From: Kiritimatiellia bacterium
Lineage (GTDB): Bacteria; Verrucomicrobiota; Kiritimatiellia; RFP12; UBA1067
Assembly (NCBI GenBank): GCA_050949565.1
Contig: JBMNFY010000017.1
Location: 1,431,299-1,495,298 of the forward strand
Length of the DNA stretch: 64,000 bases
Direction: 5' to 3'
In this document: piece after piece, positions 22,701-31,985 of the stretch
How positions within the stretch are numbered: the stretch's first letter is position 1
How the letters are laid out: the number at the start of each line of letters is the position of its first letter
Made by a program: the position numbers and the translations under genes
The notes under the pieces: model-generated
Database searches by the model: none
The model's input: only the letters and a program-made list of their open reading frames with translations
What the model was told of the DNA's origin: nothing

Positions 22701-24700
22701 TCGCCATCGGGGAAACGGCCGTGCGCGACACCGATCTGCTGGTCGTCCAGGCGCAGAGCGTCGATCACATAGCCGCCGGACGCGGCGGGTGCGAAGAGCC
22801 AGACGGTGTCGCCGCTACCGTTGATCAGGAAGCCGAGCGTAGATTCGTGAAAGACGAGGAAACCGCGCGCGGGGAGTTGGGTGCCGTCGGGGATGAGGTA
22901 GCCGGGTGCGCTGAGGTCGCTGCGTTTGAGCACGCAGCCGCCGAGCGCGAGCGGGGTGTCGGCGAGATTGTGCAACTCGATGAAGCCGGGGGTCGCGCCG
23001 GAGTGGGCCAGCACTTCGTTGATCAGCACGGCCTCGAAGGCGGTGGGACGCGCGGGGTCTGCCGCGCCGGGCGAACCGCCGGGCAAGGCCGAGGCCGACC
23101 AGCCGTCGGCATCACGCTCACCGTAGGAGGGGCGGGCGAGGACCAGAGTGTGGCCCGAGCCGTTGGCGGCGACCGGCCACGACGGGCCGTCGCCGTAGGT
23201 CACGGTGCTGAGCCAAGCGCCGTGCTCGTCGTACAGCGTGATTTCGCCGCTGTCGTCGAAGGCGTAGGCCTCGAAACCGCCCAACACCCGTTGCAGGCCG
23301 GTGACCGCCATGACATCGGCGGGCGACGGTGCCACGACAAGATAGCCGTTGGCGGCCAGCACGGTGCCGGTCGGGAGCGTGTAGTCGAAGACGCCGGAGA
23401 GGCGGTAGCCGCTGATGTCCTGAAAGAACGGGTTGGAGTTGTACAGCTCCACAAAGCGCAGGTCGCGGCCATCGCTGCGGGCGGCGGGCGTGTGGTTGAT
23501 CTCGGTGATGGCGATCGAGGTACGGCGCGAGGAGGGGCCGGGCGATTCGCGTCCGCCGTACACGAGAGCCGCAGGCACCGGTGCATTAAGCGGCGGGGTG
23601 AAGGCATAGCTGGTGAGCGTCAGCGTGTTCGCCGGCACGGCGCAATCCTGCACAGTGAGCGTCAACGTGTGGGACACGCCGGCGGTCAGCGGGGTGTCCA
23701 TGTGCAACGCCACACCGGAACCGTCTTCCAGCAACGTCGCGCGAAGCACCGCGTGGCCGCTGACAGCATAGTTGGCGGGGTTGGTGGCCGAAGCGGGAGC
23801 GAGCGGCTCGGAGAAGGAAAGCGCTAGGATACGGCGGTCGTGGAAAACACTCCAGTCGGTCAGCGCAGGCGTGGTGACGTCCGGCACGAGGCGGTAGCAG
23901 GCGGCGGCGCTGGTGACGGTACCGACCAGATTGGAGAGCACACAGCGGAAGAGGCGGTTGCTGTTGGCGAAATCGGCCGTCAGCGTGTAGCTAGGTGCCG
24001 TCGCGCCGGGAATGTTCACGCCGTCGCGCTGCCACTGATAGGTAACGCCGCCTCGGCGCACGGCTTCGACCGAGAAGGTGGCGTTGCGCAGGCCGGCCCA
24101 TTGCTCCTCGATGTCAAGCGAGACCGGCTGCGTCCGGATGACAGGCGGATCGAGGTAGGGCGTCAGCACGGCGGCCGGGATGACATTGGTGGCGGTGGTG
24201 CCGGGCACTTGCCAGGCCACAGCGAGGTTATCGCCGCCGCTGTTTTCCTTCTGGAGCACCTCGATGTAGTAGCGCGTGCCGGCGGTGAGGGTGATCGGTG
24301 CGGACTTCTGATTGGCCTCTTTGGTCCACTCGCGTGAACTGGTCCAGCCCGAGACATAGGCGATGCGCCGACGCGAGGCGGGTGTGTGGTCGGTGCCGAG
24401 CCAGAGTTCGCCGCCGTCGTCGGTCGCCACCCAGAAGGTGTAGGAACCGGTGACCGACGGGGTCAGCAACGCCCGCACGCGCTGGCCGTAGTAGTCGGCC
24501 ACGTTGACGCCGGTTTCGAGCTGATTGTTGACGACCTCTTCGACGGTCGGCGAATCAGGAAACGCGGCGGCAGCGGTCAGGTCCGCGACGCGGTTGCCGG
24601 GGATGCCGGCATAGTATTCACGGTAAAAGCCCTGCTGAGCGCCGAGCGGCAAGCTGACGCAAGCGAGAGCGACGGCTACTAAACAGAGCGACACACGCAT
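16748..24700 (-). CDS. Giant secreted protein (~2650 aa): N-terminal PA14, at least six lamin-tail (LTD) domains, a central CotH kinase-like domain and C-terminal cadherin/Ig-like repeats
   Basis: Signal peptide MRVSLCLVAVALACVSLPLGAQQ. PA14-like 'GSYTFWVATDDGGELWL'. LTD motifs (LINEV...ELHN; LNEIMYNP...ELFNPG). CotH-like 'FWMTQENIDYW...LYHAAMMYAGSPF...IDDWFEY'. Confidence 0.8.
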   Translation of the reverse strand: MRVSLCLVAVALACVSLPLGAQQGFYREYYAGIPGNRVADLTAAAAFPDSPTVEEVVNNQLETGVNVADYYGQRVRALLTPSVTGSYTFWVATDDGGELWLGTDHTPASRRRIAYVSGWTSSREWTKEANQKSAPITLTAGTRYYIEVLQKENSGGDNLAVAWQVPGTTATNVIPAAVLTPYLDPPVIRTQPVSLDIEEQWAGLRNATFSVEAVRRGGVTYQWQRDGVNIPGATAPSYTLTADFANSNRLFRCVLSNLVGTVTSAAACYRLVPDVTTPALTDWSVFHDRRILALSFSEPLAPASATNPANYAVSGHAVLRATLLEDGSGVALHMDTPLTAGVSHTLTLTVQDCAVPANTLTLTSYAFTPPLNAPVPAALVYGGRESPGPSSRRTSIAITEINHTPAARSDGRDLRFVELYNSNPFFQDISGYRLSGVFDYTLPTGTVLAANGYLVVAPSPADVMAVTGLQRVLGGFEAYAFDDSGEITLYDEHGAWLSTVTYGDGPSWPVAANGSGHTLVLARPSYGERDADGWSASALPGGSPGAADPARPTAFEAVLINEVLAHSGATPGFIELHNLADTPLALGGCVLKRSDLSAPGYLIPDGTQLPARGFLVFHESTLGFLINGSGDTVWLFAPAASGGYVIDALRLDDQQIGVAHGRFPDGDARWNILVTPTPGEPNTPRRPAPVVLNEIMYNPISERKDEEYVELFNPGTQSVNLDGWKLGGGIAYTFRSLSIPAGGYLVVPRNPAAFAQLYPDCAALATPDGFSGSLGNKRDTVTLSQPVPVMDTTDPLAPSVTTNNTVVERVTYRDGGEWHILADGGGSSLERIDPRTDPTLARSWAASDESQKSAWTTIEFTGRIDHGFTASSNGDPNEMHIGLMDAGECLIDAVEVRAAGGANLVNNPSFEHDTPDWRFMGTHDRSAIEPVADAFDSQRVLRLRASDRVHTGMNVIRGAMSATLPKSGTGTIRARVRWISGCPELLIRTRGNWLEACAPILTTRALGSPGQPNSRAANAAPAIYDVIHQPLLPRTGEEVTVYARLHDPDGLARAYLVYRVQGQAVTNRVPMRPCAAGFLSANIPAGMPAGALVAFHIEAADCSVPTAYARFPANAPERECLIRFSEPLDSRAFGIYRFWMTQENIDYWTRRERASNAPVDATFIYGNDRVLYHAAMMYAGSPFHSNYSSPIGTGTVDYEAVFQSDDTVLDDDGMVLSTVGNLGNDDIGIREQFCYSLVQALGLPHVHRRFVHVYANGTEQFSKKIYEDTEKPNASYIKHWFPEDDDNDLFKIDDWFEYTLDISSFSIITARLQPYRTDAPDGGGQVFKTGRYRWNWQRRGYDNFCANDYANFFSLVEMLNTTDPATYTQRIQQEINLDGFVGVIAMNQFAGNYDTYGFNRGKNMYLYDSAAGWQLVAWDLDVSFGANRPLTDPINPSLATFMTDDPTMRTFLKHPVVARVFWRAIEKLLAASADPALRTWTRAKYDALRADATVLNGDYNAHFANVETRRANVASQLAAANASAFRVTSPAAATSEAAVNILTLSGDAPFAVTTLRINGAETPVTWTSSTMWSAQVVLNNGTNAFQIEAFTADGTRLPGGNITRTIVYTGTPLDPLEGYLVISEIMAHPVTNTAAYIEIANRSASTCMNLTGVYLDGAVTFAFPSGTRLDPGECLIIAADPDAIAQVYGTSARQRVVGTYSGVLPLAGTLCLHRRATGFEPDDPMLDRVTYGDRYPWPEAVSPGTALQLINPALDNNRPANWAAGSAVTSNTVTVVPWAHIWSYLTDYPGDTWTVPAFNDAAWSAGRGPLGFETDPLPIPLATTIPKVSGRVVYYFRTKFAYSGNPANATLRLTYMLDDAAAFYLNGEEIHRSSLMPVGPLTDSSVATTHIQPEGQIQGVFELPATALHNGLNTLAVSVHQNQGASSDLVFGMTLDIMTTSIVTCTPGASNVSSLTPTALPAVWLNELQPRNLTGAIDNVGEREPWVELYNSGTNAVALDGWTLSTAQSDPGWSFPPDTLIDPGAFLRVWLDAEPNESAPGHLHASFRFDFVSGTLLLRAPLDGRTVVVDALEITDCADDMAWGAWPDGSPDQRRWLHPATPGAPNRADRPQCCIVVNEFMAQNDLFTNPLTGKKDDWFELFNDGTEPVDLGGWVVTDTLTSESPPTPDLRTSKALVIPAGVVLAPGAALRIWTGAKDAASLPVDPANLQAPFGLSKSGDRICLFTPTLALADRLEYATEQIGTASMGRWFNGASGDLVRFDNPTPGAPNRNPRFTEALIAQPGPYVLREEEPFTCTNTLAVTRPAAFTFRLFPTEGDALPEGLQFDTESGVLTWTPSEAQGPGLYALRLCGFLVDGLSVVGCDETLLTLCVLETPSRPQLGPLVDITVDEGQIAAFTVTVTRAEEMPPYPTTTRLRLEGALPSNAVFNAETGVFTWQTDEPDGPGDYLITVIAEDADDPSVFSTAQVTIRVNEVNRPFTYVSPTTFMLWREEPFSVRLRYNDPDLPPNVFTYRLSSDGPEGLTIDSETGHVQWQPRADQTGSFSFRVRAFDGAGAALSTTIRLVVDTRNLSVTALTTTAAGDNLELKWASKPHTFYTIEWCADLAAPVWLPVNADTPVAGTGAVLSYTLDPAALNLPARAFFRIRQTRE

Positions 24701-24809
24701 GAGGGCATCCTTCGGTCCGAAGACCAGAAACAAACAGACCTTCTGCCCGCTATTGTAGCGTGTCAGGGGGAGGGTGAACAGCGAATAACGAATTCAGTCT
24801 TTTAGGCTT

Positions 24810-25031
24810 TTATATCACGCGTTCGACCACGATCTCAGGGTCGATCGACTCCCGCAAGCAGCGCTCGATGCCCTGCTTGAGCGTCATTGTGGCGTGCGGG
24901 CAACTCCCGCAGGCACCGCGCAGGCGCAGCTTGACCGTTTTACCTTCAATCGCCACCACGTCCATGTCGCCGCCATCCGACTGCAACATGCCGCGAAGTT
25001 CTTCCAGTTTGGCCTGAATCTGTTCCGTCAT
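24810..25031 (-). CDS. NifU-like (Nfu-type) Fe-S cluster scaffold domain protein
   Basis: 'GGDMDVVAIEGKTVKLRLRGACGSCP'; the start is at the internal ATG MTEQIQ. Confidence 0.75.
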   Translation of the reverse strand: MTEQIQAKLEELRGMLQSDGGDMDVVAIEGKTVKLRLRGACGSCPHATMTLKQGIERCLRESIDPEIVVERVI

Positions 25032-25091
25032 TGTGGACTCCTTCTCAAAAGGCGGTATGATGCCGAAAACGCGCCGTGCCGTCAAGGGGCG

Positions 25092-25222
25092 GCCGTCTAA
25101 ATAGTCGATGCTGGACCGTCTAAATACCTGTCCCTTAGTCGTCTGTTTTGTTCCGCACGCACACGGAGGTGCGTGGGTACGGGAAGGGGCGGCCGTCTAA
25201 ATACCTGTCCCTTAGTCGTCGC
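25092..25222. repeat. Divergent promoter region carrying a direct repeat of ~35 bp, 'GGGGCGGCCGTCTAAATACCTGTCCCTTAGTCGTC' x2. The first copy has an internal 23-bp duplication
   Basis: Direct inspection. The core GTCTAAATACCTGTCCCTTAG also occurs, reverse-complemented, at 43208, 48543 and 48805. Confidence 0.7.
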
Positions 25223-25329
25223 ACAGCCCATCGCGGGCTTTGCCCGCGCACGGGAGCGAAACACGTTGACTGCAAAACAGAAGGCATTTATGATGGCTGC
25301 GTAACTGGTATTAGTTTGAGGAGTTTAAA

Positions 25330-27240
25330 ATGAAAAGAGTGATGATTTCTGCGGTTGCTGTCATGATGGTTTTCGCCGCGGCCGCCCAAGATTCCGGGAA
25401 GGCGCGGGCACCGGTCCGCAGCGAGATCGGTGATGTGCGGCTCAAGGGTTTTCTCGGCGAGCGGCTTGATCTGATGATCGAACGTCATGTGATCGGAACA
25501 GATGTCGATTACATCACCGCCGTGTTCCAAGAAAAGACCGAGACCAAGCGCTGGTGGCAGACGGAATTTTGGGGCAAGTACATGCACTCTGCCATGCCGT
25601 ATCTGCAATACACCGGCTCCGCAAAGCTGAAGACGGCTGTCGACCGCGGCATCGAGCGCATGCTCGCTTCGCAGGAGAAAAACGGTTACATCGGCAACTA
25701 TCCGGATGAGCTGCGTTGCGGCGAAGGGTGGGACGTCTGGGGCATGAAGTACACCATGCTGGGGTTCTTGCACTACTATGACGTGACGAAGTCGCAGGAG
25801 GTTTTGGATGCGTGCAAGCGGCTTTGCGATTACGTGATTGCAGAGCTGGGGCCGGACGGCAAGCGCGGCCGGCGCCTGTATCAGACCGGCAACTGGTCCG
25901 GCTATGCCAGTTCGTCGATCTTGGAGCCGGTGATGTGGCTCTATAAGCGGACGCAGGACAAGAAGTACCTCGATTTCGCGACCTACCTCGTCAAGGACAT
26001 GACCGAGGTGGAAGACGGCCCGCGGCTGCTCGACCTCGCCCTGAAGGGCATTTCCGTGGCGGATCGCAACGGTTACGGTAACAAAGCCGAAGCTCACGGC
26101 GGCTACGTGATGAAGCACAACCGCTGGAAGGCCTACGAGATGATGAGCTGTTATCAGGGTATGCTTGAGTACTTCGAGGTGACCGGGCGCAAGGACCTTT
26201 TCGATGCGGCGGTCATGACGGGCAACGACATTATCAAAGAAGAGATCAATCTCGCCGGCGGCTGCGCGTGCTCTGAGGCGTGGTTCCACGGCGCGCGGAA
26301 GCAACACCTGCCCTATCTGCGGCTTCAGGAAACATGTGTCACAACGACGTGGATGCGCTTTTGCGAAAAGCTGCTCGATATGACGGGCGACCCGAAGTGG
26401 GCGGATGAGATTGAGCGCACATTCTACAACGCCTATCTCGGCGCCATGAAGCTGGACGGATCGGAGTTCGCCGGTTACACGCCGCTTTCCGGCAATCGCT
26501 ATCACGGTCAGCACCACTGCTACATGCACACGGACTGCTGCACGGCGAACGGCCCGCGAGGTTTTCTCTGCTTCCTCAAGGGGTTCTTCCGCACGACGGG
26601 CAATACGGCGATCTTCAACTTCTATGCATCCGCGCTGGTGAAGAGCGTCATTCCCGAGACCGGCAAGACGGTTGCCTTTGACATGTACTCGCTCTATCCG
26701 CGCTCGAATGCTGCCCGGATCGTCAGTCACACCGAAAACGCCGGCGTGGTTCCGCTCAAGCTGCGCATCCCGAAATGGAGCGAAAAGACGGTTGTTAAAG
26801 TGAACGGCCAGGAGCAGCAGGGCGTCGCGCCCGGAGCATACTTCACGATCGAGCGCGAGTGGAAGCTCGGCGACATCGTTGAAATCTACTTTGACATGCC
26901 GGTCATTGCGCACAAACTTGAGCACAACATCGCTTTTACCCGCGGTCCGGTCCTTCTGGCCCGCGACAGCCGCTTCGGCGATGGCGATTTCACCGAGCCG
27001 TTCCGGCAGGGCATCAAGGATGGACAGCGCATGACAGGGTTCTCCGACGTGCGCACGCCGTCGGGTGATATCTGGATGGCGTTTTCAGCGACGCTGCCGA
27101 TTGGCTCGCATCATGAAAACCCGGAAGGGCGACTGCCGAGCACCGTCTTCTTCTGCGATTATGCGTCAGCCGGCAACACCTGGCAGCGCGACAACTACTA
27201 CCGCACCTGGTTCCCGGAAGAGTACGGCCCGACGGAGTAG
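25330..27240 (+). CDS. Secreted GH127/DUF1680-family glycoside hydrolase (beta-L-arabinofuranosidase-like)
   Basis: 636 aa, signal peptide, Cys-rich C-terminal region typical of DUF1680. Confidence 0.65.
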   Translation: MKRVMISAVAVMMVFAAAAQDSGKARAPVRSEIGDVRLKGFLGERLDLMIERHVIGTDVDYITAVFQEKTETKRWWQTEFWGKYMHSAMPYLQYTGSAKLKTAVDRGIERMLASQEKNGYIGNYPDELRCGEGWDVWGMKYTMLGFLHYYDVTKSQEVLDACKRLCDYVIAELGPDGKRGRRLYQTGNWSGYASSSILEPVMWLYKRTQDKKYLDFATYLVKDMTEVEDGPRLLDLALKGISVADRNGYGNKAEAHGGYVMKHNRWKAYEMMSCYQGMLEYFEVTGRKDLFDAAVMTGNDIIKEEINLAGGCACSEAWFHGARKQHLPYLRLQETCVTTTWMRFCEKLLDMTGDPKWADEIERTFYNAYLGAMKLDGSEFAGYTPLSGNRYHGQHHCYMHTDCCTANGPRGFLCFLKGFFRTTGNTAIFNFYASALVKSVIPETGKTVAFDMYSLYPRSNAARIVSHTENAGVVPLKLRIPKWSEKTVVKVNGQEQQGVAPGAYFTIEREWKLGDIVEIYFDMPVIAHKLEHNIAFTRGPVLLARDSRFGDGDFTEPFRQGIKDGQRMTGFSDVRTPSGDIWMAFSATLPIGSHHENPEGRLPSTVFFCDYASAGNTWQRDNYYRTWFPEEYGPTE

Positions 27241-27286
27241 GGAACGCAGAACGCAGAACATCGAACGCAGAACGTATAGCGGTTTG

Positions 27287-27318
27287 CAGGGACGCGCGAG
27301 CGTCCCTGTTTTTTTTTT
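27287..27318 (+). terminator. Rho-independent terminator of the GH127-like gene
   Basis: CAGGGACGC-gcga-GCGTCCCTG followed by T10. Confidence 0.85.
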
Positions 27319-27428
27319 GACTGGCGACCGGCGAGGCCAAACTCCTTGCCTATAAATTGACGGTATTTCCCGCTCCGCGGGCACATGTATCCAGAGTTTT
27401 CAGGATTGAACAACATCATGTTTTGTGT

Positions 27429-27724
27429 GTGCGCAGTCGGGAGCGCGGGCGTCCCCGCCCGCTCTGTGAAAGGCCGATCGAGATTCCGATGCGCGGCATC
27501 CGGGCTCGCGGAGCGCCGGGAGGGGCAAGCGTCTGCTTGCCCGCGGACGAGCAGACGCTCGTCCCTCCCCCTGCGGGCAAAACAAAAAAAATCTGCGCAA
27601 TCTGTGCAAATCTGCGGATAAAACCGGAAAACCGCAAGACACGTTGTTGCGGGCGAGGACGCCCGCGCTCCCGACTCCCTGTCCTCCTTTTCACCAGAAA
27701 CGCATGATTTTCGCCCCCTGTCGC
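27429..27724. mobile_element. Composite REP/MITE-like element. Inverted 32-bp arms (GCGCAGTCGGGAGCGCGGGCGTCCCCGCCCGC) at 27431-27462 and 27645-27676 enclose nested GC hairpins, and a right-end TIR CGCCCCCTGTCGCTAACC follows
   Basis: Arm and TIR sequences recur at 32140-32175, 48372-48465 and 55180-55310. There is a minus-strand T8 tract at 27585-27592 after a hairpin. Confidence 0.65.
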
Positions 27725-28659
27725 TAACCAACTCCGCGCGTAGCGCGGCGACCGCCCCACTTCTTCGATGCGTTTTCGCGGATCCAGGCGCGGGAGACGT
27801 TCACGGCATCAAGATTCATGTCCACGAGCGGGGTGCAGTGGAAGATCAGCCCGTCGATCGCTCCGGCGGCGAGGAGCCGCGAGGCCTGCGCGAGTTGGTT
27901 TTCCATCACCGCGCCCGGCATCTGTTTGCGGCCGCCGAAGTCGTACATGTATTGCCCGAGCAGGATCGGCTTCTCCGATCCGATCAAATCCCTGAGTTTC
28001 TCGACCCGCGCCTCAATGGTGCCGACGTTCTTACCGTGCCAGAACCAGAATGTGACTTCGTCGCAAAGGTCAAGGACGCTCTTGAATTCGGGCTTGATGT
28101 CGTTCGCATCGGAGTAGAGCACGACACCGAGCTTCATGCCGCGTTCGCTGGTACCGCGCTGTACTTCACGAATCGCGTCGAGCGAAAGCCCGTAGCCCTT
28201 GTAGCTGAAGAAATCATCCATGATGAGCGTCGTCAGGTTCGGCATCTTGTCGGCGTACTCGAAGCCCAGCCTGACCTTCTCCTCGAAGCTCTCTTCCGCG
28301 CTGTCGGTGATTGAGAAACCGATCCGCTTCATATTGCGGAACTGCTTCATGTATTCCGGCAACTCCGCTTTCTTGGGGTTGTTCGTCCAGCGGACGACAA
28401 AGCATCCCGGAATGCCCATGGACTTACAGGCATCAGCCATATCAATGCGCGTATCGTAGGGAAGGTTGTACTGCTCCTTGCTACCCTTGAGCGCCTTGAA
28501 CGAATCGCGGTGGTGCCCCCACATCCACAGGCGATCGCCGATTGTGTCCCCGTATGGCACACGTCCGTCGCGCCCGACTCCACCGCATATCCGGCACCCG
28601 CCGGTCACCGCCGCCGCAGCCGTGAGAGCGGACACTTTCATGAATTCTTGTCTGTTCAT
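27724..28659 (-). CDS. Tat-secreted hypothetical protein (TIM-barrel glycosidase-like?)
   Basis: MNRQEFMKVSALTAAAAV Tat-like signal; no confident family. Confidence 0.55.
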   Translation of the reverse strand: MNRQEFMKVSALTAAAAVTGGCRICGGVGRDGRVPYGDTIGDRLWMWGHHRDSFKALKGSKEQYNLPYDTRIDMADACKSMGIPGCFVVRWTNNPKKAELPEYMKQFRNMKRIGFSITDSAEESFEEKVRLGFEYADKMPNLTTLIMDDFFSYKGYGLSLDAIREVQRGTSERGMKLGVVLYSDANDIKPEFKSVLDLCDEVTFWFWHGKNVGTIEARVEKLRDLIGSEKPILLGQYMYDFGGRKQMPGAVMENQLAQASRLLAAGAIDGLIFHCTPLVDMNLDAVNVSRAWIRENASKKWGGRRATRGVG

Positions 28660-28780
28660 CGAAGCAAAACGCTGCATGCTCTTCCTCCTTTTTACAGACG
28701 CGCTACTGACAGCCTGACGCGGAGCAACGCCCGCAGCACCGGCGGCACCCGCAGTATCGGGAAAACCTCCGCGCGCAACG

Positions 28781-30067
28781 CTACGCCAGCAGGCGCGCGG
28801 CGGCGGTACCGCCGTCTTGCGCGAGGGCGTCCACCATCTCTGCGGTGATGCGGATATCCTTGAGCTTGGCGTTGCTCGGAGCCTCGAACATGATCTCCAT
28901 CATCAGGTCTTCCATGACAGCCCGCAGACCGCGTGCGCCGGTTTTGCGTTGCGTGGCCAGCTTGGCAATGCCGCGCAGCGCGTCGTCATCAAAAGCAAGC
29001 GAGACGCCACCCATGGCGAGTAGCTTCTGGTACTGGCGCACCAGACAGTTCTTGGGCTCGGTAAGAATACGCACCAGATCGTCTTCGGTCATCTCGCTCA
29101 TTGAGGTGATCACCGGCAGACGACCGACAAATTCCGGGATCAGGCCGAAGCGGATCAGGTCTTCCGGCTGTACAGACAGCGGCGCAGGACGCCCGTCCTT
29201 GGCGGTGGATTTGCGCGTGTTCTTGTGCTGCTCGCCATAGCCGATGGTCTGACGTCCTTCGCGCTGGCGTACGATGGTTTCCAGCCCCACGAAGGAGCCG
29301 CCGCAGATGAAGAGGACATTGCGCGTATTGATCGCGATGTACTCCTGCTGCGGGTGTTTGCGGCCGCCCTGCGGCGGCACACGCGAAATGACGCCCTCAA
29401 GGATCTTGAGCAACGCCTGCTGCACGCCTTCACCGGAGACGTCGCGTGTGATCGAGACGTTCTCGGTCTTGCGGGCGATCTTGTCGATCTCATCGATATA
29501 GACGATGCCGCGCTCGGCCTTGGCGACATCCATATCCGCCGCTTGAAGCAGGTAGAGCAGGATGTTTTCGACGTCCTCGCCCACATAACCGGCCTCGGTG
29601 ATGGTGGTAGCGTCGGCAATCGCGAACGGCACATCCAGCAGGCGCGCCAGCGTGCGCGCAAAGAGCGTCTTGCCGCAACCGGTGGGACCGATGAGCAGGA
29701 TATTGCTCTTTTCGATCTCCACGTCTGCGAAAGGATCAGACTTGCCGCCAGTCGGCTGGTTCAAGCGTTTGTAGTGGTTATGCACCGCGACCGCGAGCAT
29801 TCTCTTGGTGTGGTCGTGGCCGATGATGTACTGGTCGAGGAATTCCTTGATCTCAGCGGGCGGCGGCACTTTAAGGGCCGGTAGCGTAGACGCATCACTG
29901 CTCTTCTTTTGCGGCGAGTTTTCACTGATGATCCTGGCGCAGATATCGACGCACTCTTCGCAGATGTTCACGTCGGGGCCAGGAATGATCAGCACACCGG
30001 AGCGTGCATTCCTGCCGCAAAATGAGCAGGCCAAGTCGCCTGACGAACTTGAAGAGCGACGGGCCAT
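28781..30067 (-). CDS. clpX: ATP-dependent Clp protease ATP-binding subunit ClpX
   Basis: N-terminal C4 zinc finger, Walker A 'GPTGCGKT', IGF-loop region. Confidence 0.95.
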   Translation of the reverse strand: MARRSSSSSGDLACSFCGRNARSGVLIIPGPDVNICEECVDICARIISENSPQKKSSDASTLPALKVPPPAEIKEFLDQYIIGHDHTKRMLAVAVHNHYKRLNQPTGGKSDPFADVEIEKSNILLIGPTGCGKTLFARTLARLLDVPFAIADATTITEAGYVGEDVENILLYLLQAADMDVAKAERGIVYIDEIDKIARKTENVSITRDVSGEGVQQALLKILEGVISRVPPQGGRKHPQQEYIAINTRNVLFICGGSFVGLETIVRQREGRQTIGYGEQHKNTRKSTAKDGRPAPLSVQPEDLIRFGLIPEFVGRLPVITSMSEMTEDDLVRILTEPKNCLVRQYQKLLAMGGVSLAFDDDALRGIAKLATQRKTGARGLRAVMEDLMMEIMFEAPSNAKLKDIRITAEMVDALAQDGGTAAARLLA

Positions 30068-30068
30068 C

Positions 30069-30680
30069 TTATTTCTCCTGCACGCGTTTTACCAAAACCT
30101 CGTCAACAAGCCCGTACGTCTTGGCTTCGTCGGCAGACATGAAGAAGTCGCGTTCGGTATCTTTCGCCAGCGTGGTGGCTTTCTTGCCGGTGTGTGCGGC
30201 GAGGATTTCGTTGAGGCGGTCTTTGAGGCGCAGGATCTCTTTGGCCGCAATGCTGATATCGGTCGCCTTGCCTTCCGCGCCGCCCCAGGGCTGGTGGATC
30301 ATGATACGCGCGTTGGGTAGCGAGTAGCGCTTGCCCTTGGTGCCAGCCGCCAACAGTACAGCACCCATGCTCGCCGCCTGGCCCACGCAATAAGTCGCGA
30401 TGTCGCAAGTGACGAACTGCATGGTGTCGTAGATAGCGAGGCCAGCGGTCACCGAACCGCCCGGCGAGTTGATGTAGACCGAGATGTCCTTGGTGGCATC
30501 CTGCGACTGCAGGAAGAGCAGTTGGGCGATGACCAGATTGCTGATCTCATCGCTGATTGCCGTGCCGATGAACACAATGCGGTCTTGCAACAACCGCGAA
30601 TAGATATCGTAGGCGCGTTCGCCGCGACCGGTCTGTTCAACCACGATCGGCACGAGAACGCTGTCTTGGGGATTGATCAT
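30069..30680 (-). CDS. clpP: ATP-dependent Clp protease proteolytic subunit ClpP
   Basis: 203 aa; '[15 protein letters not shown]...GQAASMGA' catalytic region. Confidence 0.95.
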   Translation of the reverse strand: MINPQDSVLVPIVVEQTGRGERAYDIYSRLLQDRIVFIGTAISDEISNLVIAQLLFLQSQDATKDISVYINSPGGSVTAGLAIYDTMQFVTCDIATYCVGQAASMGAVLLAAGTKGKRYSLPNARIMIHQPWGGAEGKATDISIAAKEILRLKDRLNEILAAHTGKKATTLAKDTERDFFMSADEAKTYGLVDEVLVKRVQEK

Positions 30681-30692
30681 AGTGGGCCTCGT

Positions 30693-31985
30693 TTATTTCT
30701 TGGCTGCATCCAGCAGGCTCTGCATGGTCTTCTCGTCGCGGATCCGGGAACGCAACATATCCATGCGGTCGTTCTTTTCGATCTGAGCGCGGATCTTCTC
30801 GGGCGTGGAACGTTGTCCTGCGGCCAGCGTCTGAATCTTGGCGTCGACCTCGTCATCGCTAACCGTGATGCCTTCCTCCTCCGCGATGCGGCCAAGCAGG
30901 TAGCGCAAGCGCAGTTGGCGCTTGGCGGTGAGGGTGGCGCTCTCAATGATTGCATCGCGGTTCTGCTCCAACTCTTCGCGCGTGAGACCGCGGTAATGCG
31001 CCTCGTTCACCACGGTGTCGAGCACGGCATTGATCTCGTCCGCGACAAGTGACTCGGGCAGGTCGAACTCGGCTTTCTTGAGCAGAAACTCGACCACGGT
31101 GTCTCTACGGCGCTGCTCCTCGGCCTGTACCGCAGCCTCCAGCATACGTTTGCGGGTCTGGTCGCGCAGTTGGTCAAGCGTTTCGAGCTTGAACTGCGCC
31201 AGCAGTTCGGCGTCTTCCGCCACCTGACGCGTGCGAACAAGTTTGGGTGTCACAGTGTACACGGCTTTCTTGCCGCGCAGCGCTTCGATCGGATGATCCT
31301 TGGGAAACTTGACCTTGACCTCTTGGGTCTCGCCGACCTTCACGCCAACGAGCGCATCGAGAACCTCTTGGACAAAGCGTCCTTCCTCAATCTGCACCCA
31401 GAAACCGGTGCCTTCGGAGATCGGCTTGGCCTCCTCCGCCAGCGTGTGGATCGGCTGGTCATCCACAAGACCCGTGAAATCGATACTGACCAGATCGCCG
31501 GCCGCGATCGCGTATTCAGGAGCTGCTTCTTCAAATTTGGCAAAGGCTTTGCGCAACTGGTCGAGTTGCTCATCGACCTGTTCTTCGGTGACGGTCGGCT
31601 CATCGAAAGTGACCGGAATCTTCTTGTACTTCGGCAGGTCAAACTCCGGCTCGGCATCGACCGTCATTGTAAAGGTGATGCCGGTTTCGGGCGAGAAGAG
31701 CACGTTGTCGATATCGCGCAGTGCCACCATTTTGACACCGGCCTGTTCCAGCGCAGGCTTGTAGAAGGCCTGGAAGAGCCGTCTCTGCACCTCCTCCATA
31801 ATCTGCGAATGGAACTCGCGCTTGATGATCTCGCGCGGCACCTTGCCGGGACGGAAGCCGGGGACGCGTCCTTCGCGCATAAAGACCTTCAGCACTTCGT
31901 CATAGTCGTTGCGGGTCTCATCCGCCTCGGCCTTTACGATCAGCTTGACCTTACACGGGCCGACATTCTGGGTATCCACTTTCAT
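30693..31985 (-). CDS. tig: Trigger factor
   Basis: 430 aa; the 'GFRPGKVP' ribosome-binding motif; tig-clpP-clpX synteny. Confidence 0.9.
   Translation of the reverse strand: MKVDTQNVGPCKVKLIVKAEADETRNDYDEVLKVFMREGRVPGFRPGKVPREIIKREFHSQIMEEVQRRLFQAFYKPALEQAGVKMVALRDIDNVLFSPETGITFTMTVDAEPEFDLPKYKKIPVTFDEPTVTEEQVDEQLDQLRKAFAKFEEAAPEYAIAAGDLVSIDFTGLVDDQPIHTLAEEAKPISEGTGFWVQIEEGRFVQEVLDALVGVKVGETQEVKVKFPKDHPIEALRGKKAVYTVTPKLVRTRQVAEDAELLAQFKLETLDQLRDQTRKRMLEAAVQAEEQRRRDTVVEFLLKKAEFDLPESLVADEINAVLDTVVNEAHYRGLTREELEQNRDAIIESATLTAKRQLRLRYLLGRIAEEEGITVSDDEVDAKIQTLAAGQRSTPEKIRAQIEKNDRMDMLRSRIRDEKTMQSLLDAAKK

Noticed and set aside
27416-27760. The recurring peptide 'HAFLVKRG.GSRERGRPRPQQRV' (ORFs 27416..27760, 48104..48523, 54798..55337) as a small protein family
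   Set aside because: Each occurrence coincides with a copy of the GC-rich REP/MITE core, and the flanking ORF sequence is unrelated. It is a nucleotide-level repeat.
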